This document shows, one piece after another, positions 9,553 through 19,161 of a stretch of 64,000 bases of DNA. The notes beneath the pieces were generated by a model, which saw nothing but the letters and a program-made list of their open reading frames with translations, ran no database searches and was not told the DNA's origin. Numbering within the stretch: the stretch's first letter is position 1; each line of letters begins with the position of its first letter. This DNA comes from a virus: IMG/VR virus record IMGVR_UViG_3300006931_000002, positions 51,478 to 115,477 of that record; one strand, given 5' to 3'. A program made the position numbers and the translations under genes.

Positions 9553-9731
9553 TTCGCCTACCTGGGCGGGGTCACTCCTTTCCGCCGCCAGGTGACAGTC
9601 ACGTTTCGAACGCATGTACGTGATCACGACGTGCCGCTACGTGACGTGTCCGTGAGAACACCTACTGACCGCTCCAGGCGGCTAGGCTGGGGGCACTGTA
9701 CCGGTAAACCCGTTAACGGGAGGACCACATC

Positions 9732-10490
9732 GTGATCAGCCGCCAAGACTCCCGCCCGGCCTACCTTCAGATCGCGGACGACCTCCGCGAGGACATCGAG
9801 TCGCGCCGACTGGCAGCCGGCGCGCAACTGCCTACCATCGCCGAGCTTGTCGAGCGGTACGACGTCGGCACGAACACTGTCGTGCGCGCCATTGGCCATC
9901 TCCGCTCGCTCGGCCTAGTGGAATCCCGCCAGGGGATGGGCAGCTACGTGCGCGAGGTTCAGCCCTGGATCGCGATCTCGTCGGAGTGGTGGTCGCCTCC
10001 CGGCAACGGAGAGTCGGACCACTGGACGCGGGTCAACCGGGAGCACGGCCACACGGGCTCCCAGGACGTCATCTTCGTTGGCACCCGCGTGCCGCCCGAG
10101 CGGATTCGCGACGAGATGGGCCTTGGCGACGATGGCACGGCGGTTCTTCGGGACAGGGTCCTGTTCCAGGACGGCTTGCCGATGCAGCTCGCCCGTAGCT
10201 GGTTCCCGCACGCGGTGGCCGATGGAACCCCGCTTGCCGAAAGCCGGAAGATCAAGGGTGGGACGCCGCGGATTCTCGCCGAGCTGGCCGAGCCCCCAGT
10301 GGAAGTGCGGAAGGAGACTGTCGCCCGACCGCCGACGCAGGCCGAGCGTACGGCCCTCAACCTCCCGGAGGGCATCCCGGTCCTGGACATATTGATGACC
10401 GTGGTCAACGGGTCGGGCGAGGTGATCGAGGTCGGGGAGGTCGTCGCCCGTGGCGACCGACACCGACTTCGGGATCGCCATCCCGCCTGA
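9732..10490 (+). CDS. GntR/HutC-family regulator with UTRA domain (KorSA-like)
   Basis: YLQIADDLR..LPTIAEL..GLVESRQGMGSYVR and UTRA-like C-terminus. Confidence 0.9.
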   Translation: MISRQDSRPAYLQIADDLREDIESRRLAAGAQLPTIAELVERYDVGTNTVVRAIGHLRSLGLVESRQGMGSYVREVQPWIAISSEWWSPPGNGESDHWTRVNREHGHTGSQDVIFVGTRVPPERIRDEMGLGDDGTAVLRDRVLFQDGLPMQLARSWFPHAVADGTPLAESRKIKGGTPRILAELAEPPVEVRKETVARPPTQAERTALNLPEGIPVLDILMTVVNGSGEVIEVGEVVARGDRHRLRDRHPA

Positions 10491-10661
10491 GCCGGAGTCG
10501 GCTGCGCGGAGCGCAACTGGCTCGTATGGGGTCTTGTGGCTTTGTGGGGTAACGGGGTAAAGTCGCGATCACGGCCTAGCGGACCCTCGGCGTCAGCCGG
10601 CAAGCATCAACGCCGAGGGTCCTAGGTCGGCCCGTTCCTGCTGTCACAGGAGGCCCGACCC

Positions 10662-10796
10662 GTGTCCCATCATCCCCTTTCCTTCGTCCCCAACCCGCCG
10701 TCCGGTCCCGCGTCCGATCCGTCCAGCCCCGACGAGGAGGCCGCCGCCGCGACCCTCGCCGAGATGCTTGGCACCGCCGAGGACACCGACCAGTGA
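10662..10796 (+). CDS. Small hypothetical protein
   Basis: AGGAGG RBS, GTG start, GTGA coupling; not in ORF track. Confidence 0.55.
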   Translation: MSHHPLSFVPNPPSGPASDPSSPDEEAAAATLAEMLGTAEDTDQ

Positions 10797-10939
10797 GCGC
10801 CGACAAGAAGGCGACCACCCCGCCCCCCGACCCGAACACGCTTCTCCGCGAGCTGGACACCGACGGCCGGATGGGCCAGCAGGTCCGCGACCGCTTCTTC
10901 GGCCAGTCGCTCCGCGGCGGGGAAGGCGGCACCCGGTGA
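10793..10939 (+). CDS. Small hypothetical protein
   Basis: GTGA-coupled at both ends; not in ORF track. Confidence 0.55.
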   Translation: MSADKKATTPPPDPNTLLRELDTDGRMGQQVRDRFFGQSLRGGEGGTR

Positions 10940-11106
10940 GCGGCCTCGAAGGCTCGGTGGGCACCTGCTCCAACGACGGCTGCAACGGCACCGTCTGGAT
11001 CGGCCCGTCGGGCTCGGAGGTTCACGCCAACAACCAGCCCTGCCCGGCGACCGGCCAGTGGGCTGTCAACCCGAAGCTCACCGCAGCACAGGCGGCGGGC
11101 CGGTGA
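10936..11106 (+). CDS. Small Cys-rich protein
   Basis: CSNDGC..CPATG; coupled. Confidence 0.55.
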   Translation: MSGLEGSVGTCSNDGCNGTVWIGPSGSEVHANNQPCPATGQWAVNPKLTAAQAAGR

Positions 11107-11252
11107 CCGTCAACGACGACAACTCACGTGAGGCTGTCGACCTCGACCCGCGGGTTCAGGTCGAAACACTGAAGGAACGGCTTGACCCGCTGGCGGCCAT
11201 CCAGGAGCGGGTCGCCGAGGGTGAGAAGCGCGGGAAGGGCGGCAAGCGGTGA
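11103..11252 (+). CDS. Small hypothetical protein
   Basis: GTGA-coupled. Confidence 0.55.
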   Translation: MTVNDDNSREAVDLDPRVQVETLKERLDPLAAIQERVAEGEKRGKGGKR

Positions 11253-11569
11253 CCGCCGTCTTCCCCGAGGCGGGTACCGGCTGGGACCCGTGGGCCGACT
11301 TCGACGCCTTCGAGGAACTGTTGACCGCCACTTCCGATCCCGTCCCACCGATGCGCACCGTCGACGTTGACGGGGTGCCGATGGTCCCAGCAGCCCGGCT
11401 GGAGGCGGCGTACGCGATGGTCGCCCGGCTGGCCGACGAGAACCGCCGCCGCGTCGGTGATCTGACCATCGCCAGGTCCACGCGGCTGGTCGACGTCGAG
11501 GCCGACGCGATGGTCCTCGCGCTGGACCTGATCCGCGGGTATCTAGCCGAACCCGATGGCGACTCGTAG
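11249..11569 (+). CDS. Hypothetical protein
   Basis: Coupled ORF. Confidence 0.65.
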   Translation: MTAVFPEAGTGWDPWADFDAFEELLTATSDPVPPMRTVDVDGVPMVPAARLEAAYAMVARLADENRRRVGDLTIARSTRLVDVEADAMVLALDLIRGYLAEPDGDS

Positions 11570-11906
11570 TAGGGCGACGAAAGAGCGGATGATCGCTCAG
11601 GCTGGCGGGCTGTGCTCCTACTGTCGAGTGCAGCCCGCCGACCATCTTGACCACATCGTCCCCAGGTCCCGGGGTGGGTCGAACGCGATGTCGAACCTGA
11701 CCCCGGCGTGCCACGAGTGCGGCCAGTCGAAGGCTGATCTGACCGTCCACGACTGGGCGCTGGTCCTGGCCGCTGAGATCGTCGCGGCAAGGCCGCCGAC
11801 ACGGCCCGCCTGGCGCTGGAACCCGCGGCGACTACGACATCTGCGGGCAAGCCACCGTGCAGCGAACCTGTCAGTGCAATCTTCGGCAAGACGAAGATGG
11901 ATCTAA
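11556..11906 (+). CDS. HNH endonuclease
   Basis: CSYC..DHLDHIVPRSRGGSNAMSNLTPACHEC. Confidence 0.9.
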   Translation: MATRSRATKERMIAQAGGLCSYCRVQPADHLDHIVPRSRGGSNAMSNLTPACHECGQSKADLTVHDWALVLAAEIVAARPPTRPAWRWNPRRLRHLRASHRAANLSVQSSARRRWI

Positions 11907-11935
11907 CAGGTTGGGGCGCGGCATGATGTAGGGCC

Positions 11936-13447
11936 GTGCAGCCCAAGACCAACCGCGCCCTGAAACGCATCGTCATCTACTGCCGCATCTCCCAGGACCG
12001 CACAGGCGCGGGACTGGGCGTCGAACGGCAAGACGCCGCATGCAGGGAACTGCTCGCCCGGCTCGGCTTCACAGAGGCAGAGATCGCCGCCGCCGTGGTA
12101 CTCATCGACAACGACATGTCTGCGACCAGGCGTCGCAAACCCCGGCCTGGCTATCGGCGCCTGCTCGAAGGGCTGCGGCAGCGCCAGTGGGATGTCCTCG
12201 CCACCTTGCACAACGACCGGCTGCTTCGGAACAACCGGGAGCTGGAAGACTTCATCGCCGTCGTCGAAGCGAACCCGCTGCGGATCGTCACCGTCCTTGC
12301 CGGCGAGTATGACCTGGCGACGGCGACGGGCAGGATGACAGCCCGCATCGTGGGCGCGGTCGCACAGAAGGAAGCCGAGCAGGAAGCCGAACGGCTTCGG
12401 GAGCAGAGAAGGCAGGCAGCCGAGATGGGGCGGCTACATGGCGGCCGGCGACCGTTCGGCTGGGGTGCAGAAGTCGGCAAAGGTACAGACGGGGCGCCGC
12501 TGATTGACCGGTCGCGGCCACATCCACTGGAGGCGTCGCTGATCCGCGAGGCGGCGGTGGATGTGCTTCACTCCGGGACAACGTGGGGTGCGGTCGCCCG
12601 GCGCTGGAACCAGGCCGATGTTCTGACCCCGTTCGGCAACCGGTGGACCGGGCAGACGGTGATGCAGACCTTGACCGCGCCCCGGCACGCCGGCCTGACC
12701 ATCATCAGACCAGACGATCCGGACGGAGCCGTCACCTACGGCCACGCCAAGACGTCAATCATCACTCCAGAGCAGCATCATGCGCTGGTCGAGTTGACCC
12801 GCGTGCCAGCTCGTCGGGCGATCACACCCCGCGGCCGGGTTCATCTGCTGTCGGGGATCGCGCGCTGCGGCGCTGAGAACTGTGAGATGCCTGTCCAGGT
12901 TGCCGGCACCGATCGGGCTGGCCGTCCGGTGTATGGCTGTGGGGGACGCCGCCCAGGGATTCCGCATCGTGGGCATGCGAACCGGCCGACGGCTCTGGTA
13001 GAGGAAGCGGTGACCCGGCTGGTCTGTGCTCGGCTGGCTCGCTCAGATGCGGTGATGTTGCTGACACCTGACGACGGCCCGGCGAAGATCGCGGCGGAGG
13101 AGGCTCGGCAAGTACGGGAACGACGGAAAAGGGCCGCAGCGCGGTGGATGCTGGGCGAGTTGGACGACGACGAGTGGGCCGCGGTGAAGGCCGAGGCTGA
13201 CCCGCTGTTGGCTGATTTGGAGCGGCGGGCCGCCCCACCGCCTGCCGCGCTGATCTTTGAGGGGCTTGTCGGCTTGGGATCGCTGGGGGCGACGCGGAAG
13301 GCGTGGGACGCGATCGGCGACTTGGACCGTCGCCGGACGGTTGTGGACGCGCTGCTGTGGATCACGATCCTGCCGACTGGACGGTGGGGTGTGGCCTCGA
13401 CTGACGGCGGCTCGGCGGCGTGGCTGCGGTACGGCTGGAAGCTTTGA
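11936..13447 (+). CDS. int: Large serine recombinase (phiRv1-type integrase)
   Basis: IYCRISQDRTGAGLGVERQ catalytic Ser motif, DRLLR, GGRRPFGW recombinase domain, LLSGIARCG zinc ribbon. Confidence 0.95.
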   Translation: MQPKTNRALKRIVIYCRISQDRTGAGLGVERQDAACRELLARLGFTEAEIAAAVVLIDNDMSATRRRKPRPGYRRLLEGLRQRQWDVLATLHNDRLLRNNRELEDFIAVVEANPLRIVTVLAGEYDLATATGRMTARIVGAVAQKEAEQEAERLREQRRQAAEMGRLHGGRRPFGWGAEVGKGTDGAPLIDRSRPHPLEASLIREAAVDVLHSGTTWGAVARRWNQADVLTPFGNRWTGQTVMQTLTAPRHAGLTIIRPDDPDGAVTYGHAKTSIITPEQHHALVELTRVPARRAITPRGRVHLLSGIARCGAENCEMPVQVAGTDRAGRPVYGCGGRRPGIPHRGHANRPTALVEEAVTRLVCARLARSDAVMLLTPDDGPAKIAAEEARQVRERRKRAAARWMLGELDDDEWAAVKAEADPLLADLERRAAPPPAALIFEGLVGLGSLGATRKAWDAIGDLDRRRTVVDALLWITILPTGRWGVASTDGGSAAWLRYGWKL

Positions 13448-13505
13448 CCCCTGGCATGCTGTTGCATCTTGTGGCATGGTTCGTTCCACCAGATGCAACG
13501 GGTAG

Positions 13506-13751
13506 GTGGATGCGGTGGACGTACCAGCAGATCGCCCTGACGTCGTGTGGGTCGAGTTTGAGCCGGGTCGGACGTTCGCGGACTTGGATGAGTGGGCAGT
13601 GGCGTCGGCGGCCCAGGCCCCTCCGCTGTCGGACGCGCAGTGTGCGCTGATCCGGTGGGCGTTCGCGCCCGCGGTGGAGGCACTGGCGAGGCAGGAGGCG
13701 GCGGCAGTTTCGGATGGACCCGCGGTGTCGGGGGTCGATCGGGCTGCGTGA
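13506..13751 (+). CDS. Putative recombination directionality factor
   Basis: AAQAPPLSDAQ resembles (from memory) the AAAPPLTDEQ motif of the phiRv1 RDF Rv1584c; adjacent to int. Confidence 0.5.
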   Translation: MDAVDVPADRPDVVWVEFEPGRTFADLDEWAVASAAQAPPLSDAQCALIRWAFAPAVEALARQEAAAVSDGPAVSGVDRAA

Positions 13752-13761
13752 CCCGCGCGAC

Positions 13762-13797
13762 TTCTACTGCGTCGTAGAGGTTCTACTGTGTCGTAGA
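13762..13797. repeat. Tandem palindromic repeat TTCTACTGyGTCGTAGA x2, 19-nt period
   Basis: TCTAC-N6-GTAGA twice in intergenic DNA. Confidence 0.8.
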
Positions 13798-14004
13798 TGT
13801 TTCGGGTTGCGGAACCCTGCTCCGCTTGTCACATCAGGGCCCCAACGGGCTACTAGGGTAGTCTGATCCGACTACGTAGCGCATCACCGATCCGTCCGGA
13901 TATGACCCGGGTTCCGAACACGCTGAGTAGGCCACCGAGGCGATTGGCGCAGACTGCCAGCGCGACAGGCAGACAACGGCGCGGAAAACTATCGCCCACC
14001 GTCA

Positions 14005-14289
14005 GTGTTGCGGCATACGGTCCGTTACCCGGAACAGGATGACCAAGCGGCCTGTGGGGGAGTCGTGGCGAACGACAAGTTGACCAACTGGCTGGCCAAG
14101 ACGGCGCAGGCGCGAACCGACGCCGCCGAGAAGGCCCGAGCGCAGATGGCCCTCAACGACAATACGGACTGGGTTGTGGTCGCCAAATGTGCCGAGAAGA
14201 TCGTCTACATCGACCGGACGATGGCCAGCCTCGACAAGGCGCTCGCGGGAAGCGACACCGACCATCCCGGCGACCGGCCCGCGGTCTAA
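14005..14289 (+). CDS. Hypothetical protein (start uncertain, possibly 14065)
   Basis: Coding-like helical sequence convergent with repressor. Confidence 0.55.
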   Translation: MLRHTVRYPEQDDQAACGGVVANDKLTNWLAKTAQARTDAAEKARAQMALNDNTDWVVVAKCAEKIVYIDRTMASLDKALAGSDTDHPGDRPAV

Positions 14290-15104
14290 CCGTCGATGTC
14301 CTCCGGGTCCAGGTCCCGCCGGCCCTCACGCAGTTTCCGCAGCGCTTCGGCGGCCTCCTCGTCGGTGGGCAGTTCGCTGTCAGGACGGGTGATGATGTGG
14401 CCGACCGACGTGACCGCATCAGGAATTCGGGAAGGCCGTCCTGGCTGGTCAGACGACCATTTCACCATCGCCTCGACCATCCGGGTTGCCGCTTCGACGG
14501 CACCGTCGCGCAGCACTTCGGGTAGTTCCTGGAGCTGGTCGACAAGCGCTCGGATCTTCGCGTCGAGAACCGGGCTGTCCTCGTCAAGGTCGCCGATCGA
14601 CTGGGCGAGCAGGTGGCGAAGGTTTGCCTCGGGGATGCCCAGCCCCTTGGACAGGCCGGTGAGGCTACGGGCGTTCGGTGTCCGCTCTGGCGGGGTCCGT
14701 TCGAGCCGGAACACGGTCGACGTGGACAGCCATGGCCGGCCCTGGTCGTCTGTTCCGGCGACTTGGGCGACCTGGTCGTAGCTCATCTTCTGCCGTGTCC
14801 GTCGGTCGAAGATCTCCCGCTGGAACGGGGTTGGTGCTGGCAGGGTGCGTAGCGGCTCGTTGTCGGGGTCGCGGACGTGTTTGGCCAACGTGCCGGGCTC
14901 GATCCAGAACGACGATTCGAGCATTTGCCAGTTGACGGCGCGGGCTTCGACGCCGTCCCGCCAGCCGTTGACGGTGTTCGGCGAGACAGGCCAGATGTTG
15001 ACGAAGGCGATGTGCAGGTCTTCCATGCGGTCGCGCAGCACCCGGTAGAGGTACTGGGACTGGCCGCTGGTGAGGCTGCGCCCTGTCGGCTGGTCGGGGG
15101 ACAC
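14286..15104 (-). CDS. Immunity repressor, XRE HTH family
   Basis: MSYDQVAQVAG..LSTSTVFRLER..LTGLSKGLGIP; divergent from early operon. Confidence 0.8.
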   Translation of the reverse strand: MSPDQPTGRSLTSGQSQYLYRVLRDRMEDLHIAFVNIWPVSPNTVNGWRDGVEARAVNWQMLESSFWIEPGTLAKHVRDPDNEPLRTLPAPTPFQREIFDRRTRQKMSYDQVAQVAGTDDQGRPWLSTSTVFRLERTPPERTPNARSLTGLSKGLGIPEANLRHLLAQSIGDLDEDSPVLDAKIRALVDQLQELPEVLRDGAVEAATRMVEAMVKWSSDQPGRPSRIPDAVTSVGHIITRPDSELPTDEEAAEALRKLREGRRDLDPEDIDG

Positions 15105-15255
15105 GGGAGCATGGTGTCACATCCCGGCTTCACTCCGGTGGGGTTGTCGGGGTTTTCTTTGTGGCACAGTCGATGCTTCGTTGCCCTTCGTTCCCGTTCG
15201 GCATCAGCCGGAGCTGAGAGTTGATCGATCAAGGAACGTATGGGAAGATACGGAC

Positions 15256-15558
15256 ATGCCCACGAACACCCCCACACTGCTGGTTGGTGCCCGGCTGGTC
15301 CGAACGACCCGGGCGGCCGAACTACTGGGCTGCGACCCGGTCAAGGCAGCCAAGTTGGCTGCCGACGGTCTGGCCTTTATGAAGCGCACCGCCACCGCGT
15401 ACGACGACGTCGACCCGAAGCTGTACCTGGTCCCGGTGCTGCCCGCACCTGGTTCCGGCCGTCTGGGTCACGTCTTCGACGAGGCCCGGGTGCGGATCTT
15501 CGCTCGGAGCCCCCTGTGGAAGGGCTGGCTCGCCGAGCGGTCGAAGAAGGCCGCCTAG
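15256..15558 (+). CDS. Cro/Xis-like DNA-binding protein
   Basis: LVRTTRAAELLGCDP..HVFDEARV; first gene of the divergent operon. Confidence 0.6.
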   Translation: MPTNTPTLLVGARLVRTTRAAELLGCDPVKAAKLAADGLAFMKRTATAYDDVDPKLYLVPVLPAPGSGRLGHVFDEARVRIFARSPLWKGWLAERSKKAA

Positions 15559-15642
15559 AACGTCGGACGCCCCATGCCGCGGCTACGGCAGGGAGCGTCC
15601 TGAACCCAACCCCAAGACGTCAGTACCTGATTGGAGAGGGCC

Positions 15643-16065
15643 TTGTCCGAGAGTAACCCGAGCCCGGCGGAGCGGCAGGCACACGCCCTGACCGTTGGAG
15701 CCGATCTGGCGACCCGCCTGGACGGGATCGCCCACCTGTACGTCACCGCCGGATCGTGGACAGGCATCCCGCAGCTAGGCGTCTCCGTGTCCTACGACTG
15801 CGGCAACCCGGAGGGCCACGAGTGCCAGAAGCTGACAGCGTTCCGGGCGGCGATCGACACGCTGGGCCTGTCCGTGACCGCCGCCGGGCCTCTCGGCGAG
15901 GACGGGTTGGCGGTGCACGCCGACCACGACCGCGACGGAACTCCCCTCCAATTCTTCGTGCATATCGGCCCTGGTGCGGCCCAGGAGGCTGCACTGTCGT
16001 GGCTGGCCGGACTGGGCTTCACGGTTGTGTGGCCCGATGCGGCTTCGCTGGCGGTGGCCGCATGA
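15643..16065 (+). CDS. Hypothetical protein
   Basis: GGAGAGG RBS, TTG start, ATGA coupling. Confidence 0.65.
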   Translation: MSESNPSPAERQAHALTVGADLATRLDGIAHLYVTAGSWTGIPQLGVSVSYDCGNPEGHECQKLTAFRAAIDTLGLSVTAAGPLGEDGLAVHADHDRDGTPLQFFVHIGPGAAQEAALSWLAGLGFTVVWPDAASLAVAA

Positions 16066-17135
16066 GCGCCGACTGGGTGGACACCCTGACGCCGGAGATG
16101 TTCGCCAAGTTCACCGAGCTGTACCGCGTCTCTCAGATGTGGAAGGCGGAGGAAACCGCGCGGGGCCGATTCACGGAGGAACAGTACGACCAGCTTCTCC
16201 GTCCGATCGACCCGAAGCGGGTACTGGTCGCCAACAGGCAGTCCCACGTCTCGCAGCAGGACGTCCGCGCTCACCTGAACCGGATCTTCGGGTTTGAAGC
16301 GTGGGACAAGGAGATCCGCGAACTGCGCCTTGTCCGCGACGGGGTGAAGAAGAACAACGACGGCAAGGAAGTCCCAGCCGTCACCTACCTGTGCGTCATG
16401 CGGCTGACGATCCGCGACTCGCAGGGCCGGTTCGTCAAGTTCTCCGACGACGTCGGCACTGGCACAAGCCCGAACCTGCCGGACTACGGTGGCGCCCACG
16501 ACTTCGCGTCGAAGAACGCCGTGTCCTACGCGCTCAAGCGCTGCGCGATCGACCTTGGCGACCAGTTCGGCCTGTCGCTGTACAACAAGGGACAGTTGGA
16601 GGCGCTGGTCCGCGGCTCGTTCGGTGACCCGCGTCGGCAGCAGGTGCCGTCAGGGGACGTCCAGGACGGCGTTCCCCAGCAGGTTTCGATGGGCGACACC
16701 GAAGGTGGCGTAGACACCGAGACAGGGGAGATCGCCCCAGCGCCGCAGGCCCGTGTCCAGCAGGATCGCGCCGCCGAGGGCCGCACCCGTCAGATCGGTC
16801 AGAACGGCAATGGCACCCGACCGGTTCAGAGGGCCCAGCAGTCGCAGCCGGCGACGGTAGCCGAGCCGGAGGTTCCGAACGGCACCAACGTCAACGAGTG
16901 GAAGAACTACCTTCTCGCCGTCGCGGTCTACTCCGACCCGGCCCGCTACCGGAAGGACGACGGCAAGGCGAACGTCCCGAACGTCGCCACCGAGTACACG
17001 CGGTTCATGCGGGGCGGGGCGTTGAAGGACGCGACGATCGAGGACATCAAGGTGTTCGCCGCGCATCTGCTGACGGGTGCGGTGATGGCCGGACGTCACA
17101 CGGTCGGCAACACCCCGGCGGGGGTGGCCGCGTGA
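16062..17135 (+). CDS. Rad52/Rad22-family single-strand annealing protein (Sak-like)
   Basis: HVSQQDVRAHLNRIFGFEAW..DVGTG..KNAVSYALKRCAIDLGDQFGLSLY. Confidence 0.9.
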   Translation: MSADWVDTLTPEMFAKFTELYRVSQMWKAEETARGRFTEEQYDQLLRPIDPKRVLVANRQSHVSQQDVRAHLNRIFGFEAWDKEIRELRLVRDGVKKNNDGKEVPAVTYLCVMRLTIRDSQGRFVKFSDDVGTGTSPNLPDYGGAHDFASKNAVSYALKRCAIDLGDQFGLSLYNKGQLEALVRGSFGDPRRQQVPSGDVQDGVPQQVSMGDTEGGVDTETGEIAPAPQARVQQDRAAEGRTRQIGQNGNGTRPVQRAQQSQPATVAEPEVPNGTNVNEWKNYLLAVAVYSDPARYRKDDGKANVPNVATEYTRFMRGGALKDATIEDIKVFAAHLLTGAVMAGRHTVGNTPAGVAA

Positions 17136-17302
17136 CCGCGGTGGAGCGGGCGCTGGCCGGGGTTCTCGGGCCCCGGCCGGTCCGAGCCCGGAAGCTGGCC
17201 GCAGTGACTGGCCTGCCGAAGGCCGAGGTTCGGAATGGTCTTCGCCGCTTGCAGGACGAGGGCCGGGCCATGTCCCACGACCGACGGTGGGTGGCCCAGT
17301 GA
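17132..17302 (+). CDS. Small winged-HTH protein
   Basis: ARKLAAVTGLPKAEVRNGLRRLQDEG. Confidence 0.65.
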   Translation: MTAVERALAGVLGPRPVRARKLAAVTGLPKAEVRNGLRRLQDEGRAMSHDRRWVAQ

Positions 17303-17655
17303 GCGGCGACCCGATGGCCGAGATGTACATGGCGTTCACCGCATCACCAGCGGCCGAGATCGAGCGATCCCTCGTCGCCAGCCTTGGCCAGCAGGTGCCT
17401 CACGGCTGGCGACTGGAAAACCCGGCGGACATCACCTGCCGGGTACTGGTCGACCCGTCTGGCGCCCGGCATGTGTTGTCGATGTCGGTGCGGCTGGACC
17501 TGCTGCATCCACACGGCCAGCGGCCATCTCACCGGTCACCGCTCGACGACCCCAACCGAGAATCCCGTCTCGCCGAGATCCGTGAGGCGATGGCCACCGA
17601 ACCCGCCGCCGTTCTCCCCTTGACTCGTTCGACCGCGCCGGAGGCGACCCCGTGA
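17299..17655 (+). CDS. Hypothetical protein
   Basis: GTGA-coupled. Confidence 0.6.
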   Translation: MSGDPMAEMYMAFTASPAAEIERSLVASLGQQVPHGWRLENPADITCRVLVDPSGARHVLSMSVRLDLLHPHGQRPSHRSPLDDPNRESRLAEIREAMATEPAAVLPLTRSTAPEATP

Positions 17656-18734
17656 GTCACTACACCGTTCTCGTCATCGGCGGCGATGTCGAAGGCCAAC
17701 TCGCACCGTTCAACGAGGAACTTGCGGTCGAGCCCTACATCGACTCGGAGGCCCCCGCCGACCACTGGTATGCACATGCCACCCGTGAGGCGTTCGGACT
17801 GGACGAAGACGCCCCGGTCACCGCCGAGCAGATCGTCGAGACCTACAACCGCAAGTACATACTGAGTGCGACCACGAAGGGACAGCTGGCGCTTCCGGTC
17901 GCTTCGGTTGTCGGCGAGCCGACCGACCCCTATGCCCCGTGGACGCTTCCGTCGCCCGAGCGGGCACGGAAGATGGCCGAGGGCATCGACGAAGAGGTGC
18001 TGTTCGTCCACGAGGGCCAGGTCGCCTGCTGGTCGACAAGTAACCCCCGCGGCAAGTGGGACTGGTTCTCCGTCGGCGGCCGGTGGACAGGCTTCTGGCT
18101 GCTCACGAGTGAGGGTGCGGCCCTTCTCGGTATGAAGGACGACGAGGCGCCCTTCGTCGGCCACGCCGGCTTCATGACGCCTGGCCCCGACGCTGGCCAT
18201 GCGGACAGCGCGCTTCGTCGCCACATCGACCTCGACGGGATGCGCGCCGATGCCGAGGCCGAGGCGCGCAAGACGTGGGCCGACTACGCCACCCTCGTCG
18301 GACCGGTCATCGACCAGCACGGGATCGGCGAGTCGTGGGATGCGGTGTTCCTGCGGGTAACCGGCCAGCCCACTGGAGTCGGTGGCGTTGACCAGGATCT
18401 CGTCGACCAGGCGCGCCGCGAGTACCACGACCAGCCATACATCCGCGCTCTGTGGGGCCATGAGGACTTCCGCTGGCACGACGGCCCGCACGACCATTTC
18501 GGCCCGGACCTGTCGGAAGCGTCCGCGGAAGCATTCGCCCAGCGTGCCCGCGACAAGGCCGGCGTCCCCTACGCCGTAGTTCGTAATGGAGAGTGGCACG
18601 CCAAGGGCGAGATGGGCTGGTTCGGTATGTCGCGAAACGAGCGGACGCAGTCGGAGTGGAATGCGCTCGTAGCCGCGCTTCTTGACACCCTCGACCCGGA
18701 TGAGCGGCTCACGCTCGTGGATTGCCATGTCTGA
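17652..18734 (+). CDS. Conserved phage hypothetical protein
   Basis: MSHYTVLVIG..NPRGKWDWFSVGGRW..GEMGWFG..VDCH pattern. Confidence 0.85.
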   Translation: MSHYTVLVIGGDVEGQLAPFNEELAVEPYIDSEAPADHWYAHATREAFGLDEDAPVTAEQIVETYNRKYILSATTKGQLALPVASVVGEPTDPYAPWTLPSPERARKMAEGIDEEVLFVHEGQVACWSTSNPRGKWDWFSVGGRWTGFWLLTSEGAALLGMKDDEAPFVGHAGFMTPGPDAGHADSALRRHIDLDGMRADAEAEARKTWADYATLVGPVIDQHGIGESWDAVFLRVTGQPTGVGGVDQDLVDQARREYHDQPYIRALWGHEDFRWHDGPHDHFGPDLSEASAEAFAQRARDKAGVPYAVVRNGEWHAKGEMGWFGMSRNERTQSEWNALVAALLDTLDPDERLTLVDCHV

Positions 18735-19161
18735 CCTCGACATCCCCGCCCTGCGGGCACTGGCCGAGACGACGATTGCCGGTCAGAGCGCACCAGTGGG
18801 GACGCTCGCGGTCGACCCGGCTGATGGTGCGGTCGCGGTCCATGTCGGCGACGACCTGTGGCGCACCGGCGGTGTTTCCCTGCTGTCCGGCAGTCGGGTT
18901 GTCGACTGGGGCTACCAGCTGGAAGCGGTTCCGGTGCCGGTGGCCGATCTGCTGACATTGCTGGACGCGGCCGAACGGCGGGAGCAGCCATCGGCGGAAG
19001 GCTGGAAGCGTGCCCGTCTCGAACGGGACGCCCTGCGACGGGACCGGGACCGCCTCCGCCGGGCGATCGGCGACTTCCTCGCCACCTACACCCTGCACAC
19101 GGACATCACCCGCGGTCTCGCTGCCGCGCTTACCGCATCGGGGGATAAGACCGATGACTGA
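18727..19161 (+). CDS. Hypothetical protein
   Basis: Coupled ORF. Confidence 0.65.
   Translation: MSDLDIPALRALAETTIAGQSAPVGTLAVDPADGAVAVHVGDDLWRTGGVSLLSGSRVVDWGYQLEAVPVPVADLLTLLDAAERREQPSAEGWKRARLERDALRRDRDRLRRAIGDFLATYTLHTDITRGLAAALTASGDKTDD

Noticed and set aside
11556-11906. IscB/TnpB or other RNA-guided nuclease
   Set aside because: Only a short HNH; no RuvC motifs or room for a guide RNA. No reverse transcriptase (DGR/retron) seen anywhere in the window
13461-13499. Calling this inverted repeat attP outright
   Set aside because: Symmetry centres on a single base rather than a dinucleotide, and it could simply be a terminator; kept only as a candidate
13762-13797. CRISPR-like repeat
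   Set aside because: Only two adjacent units, no spacers, no cas genes
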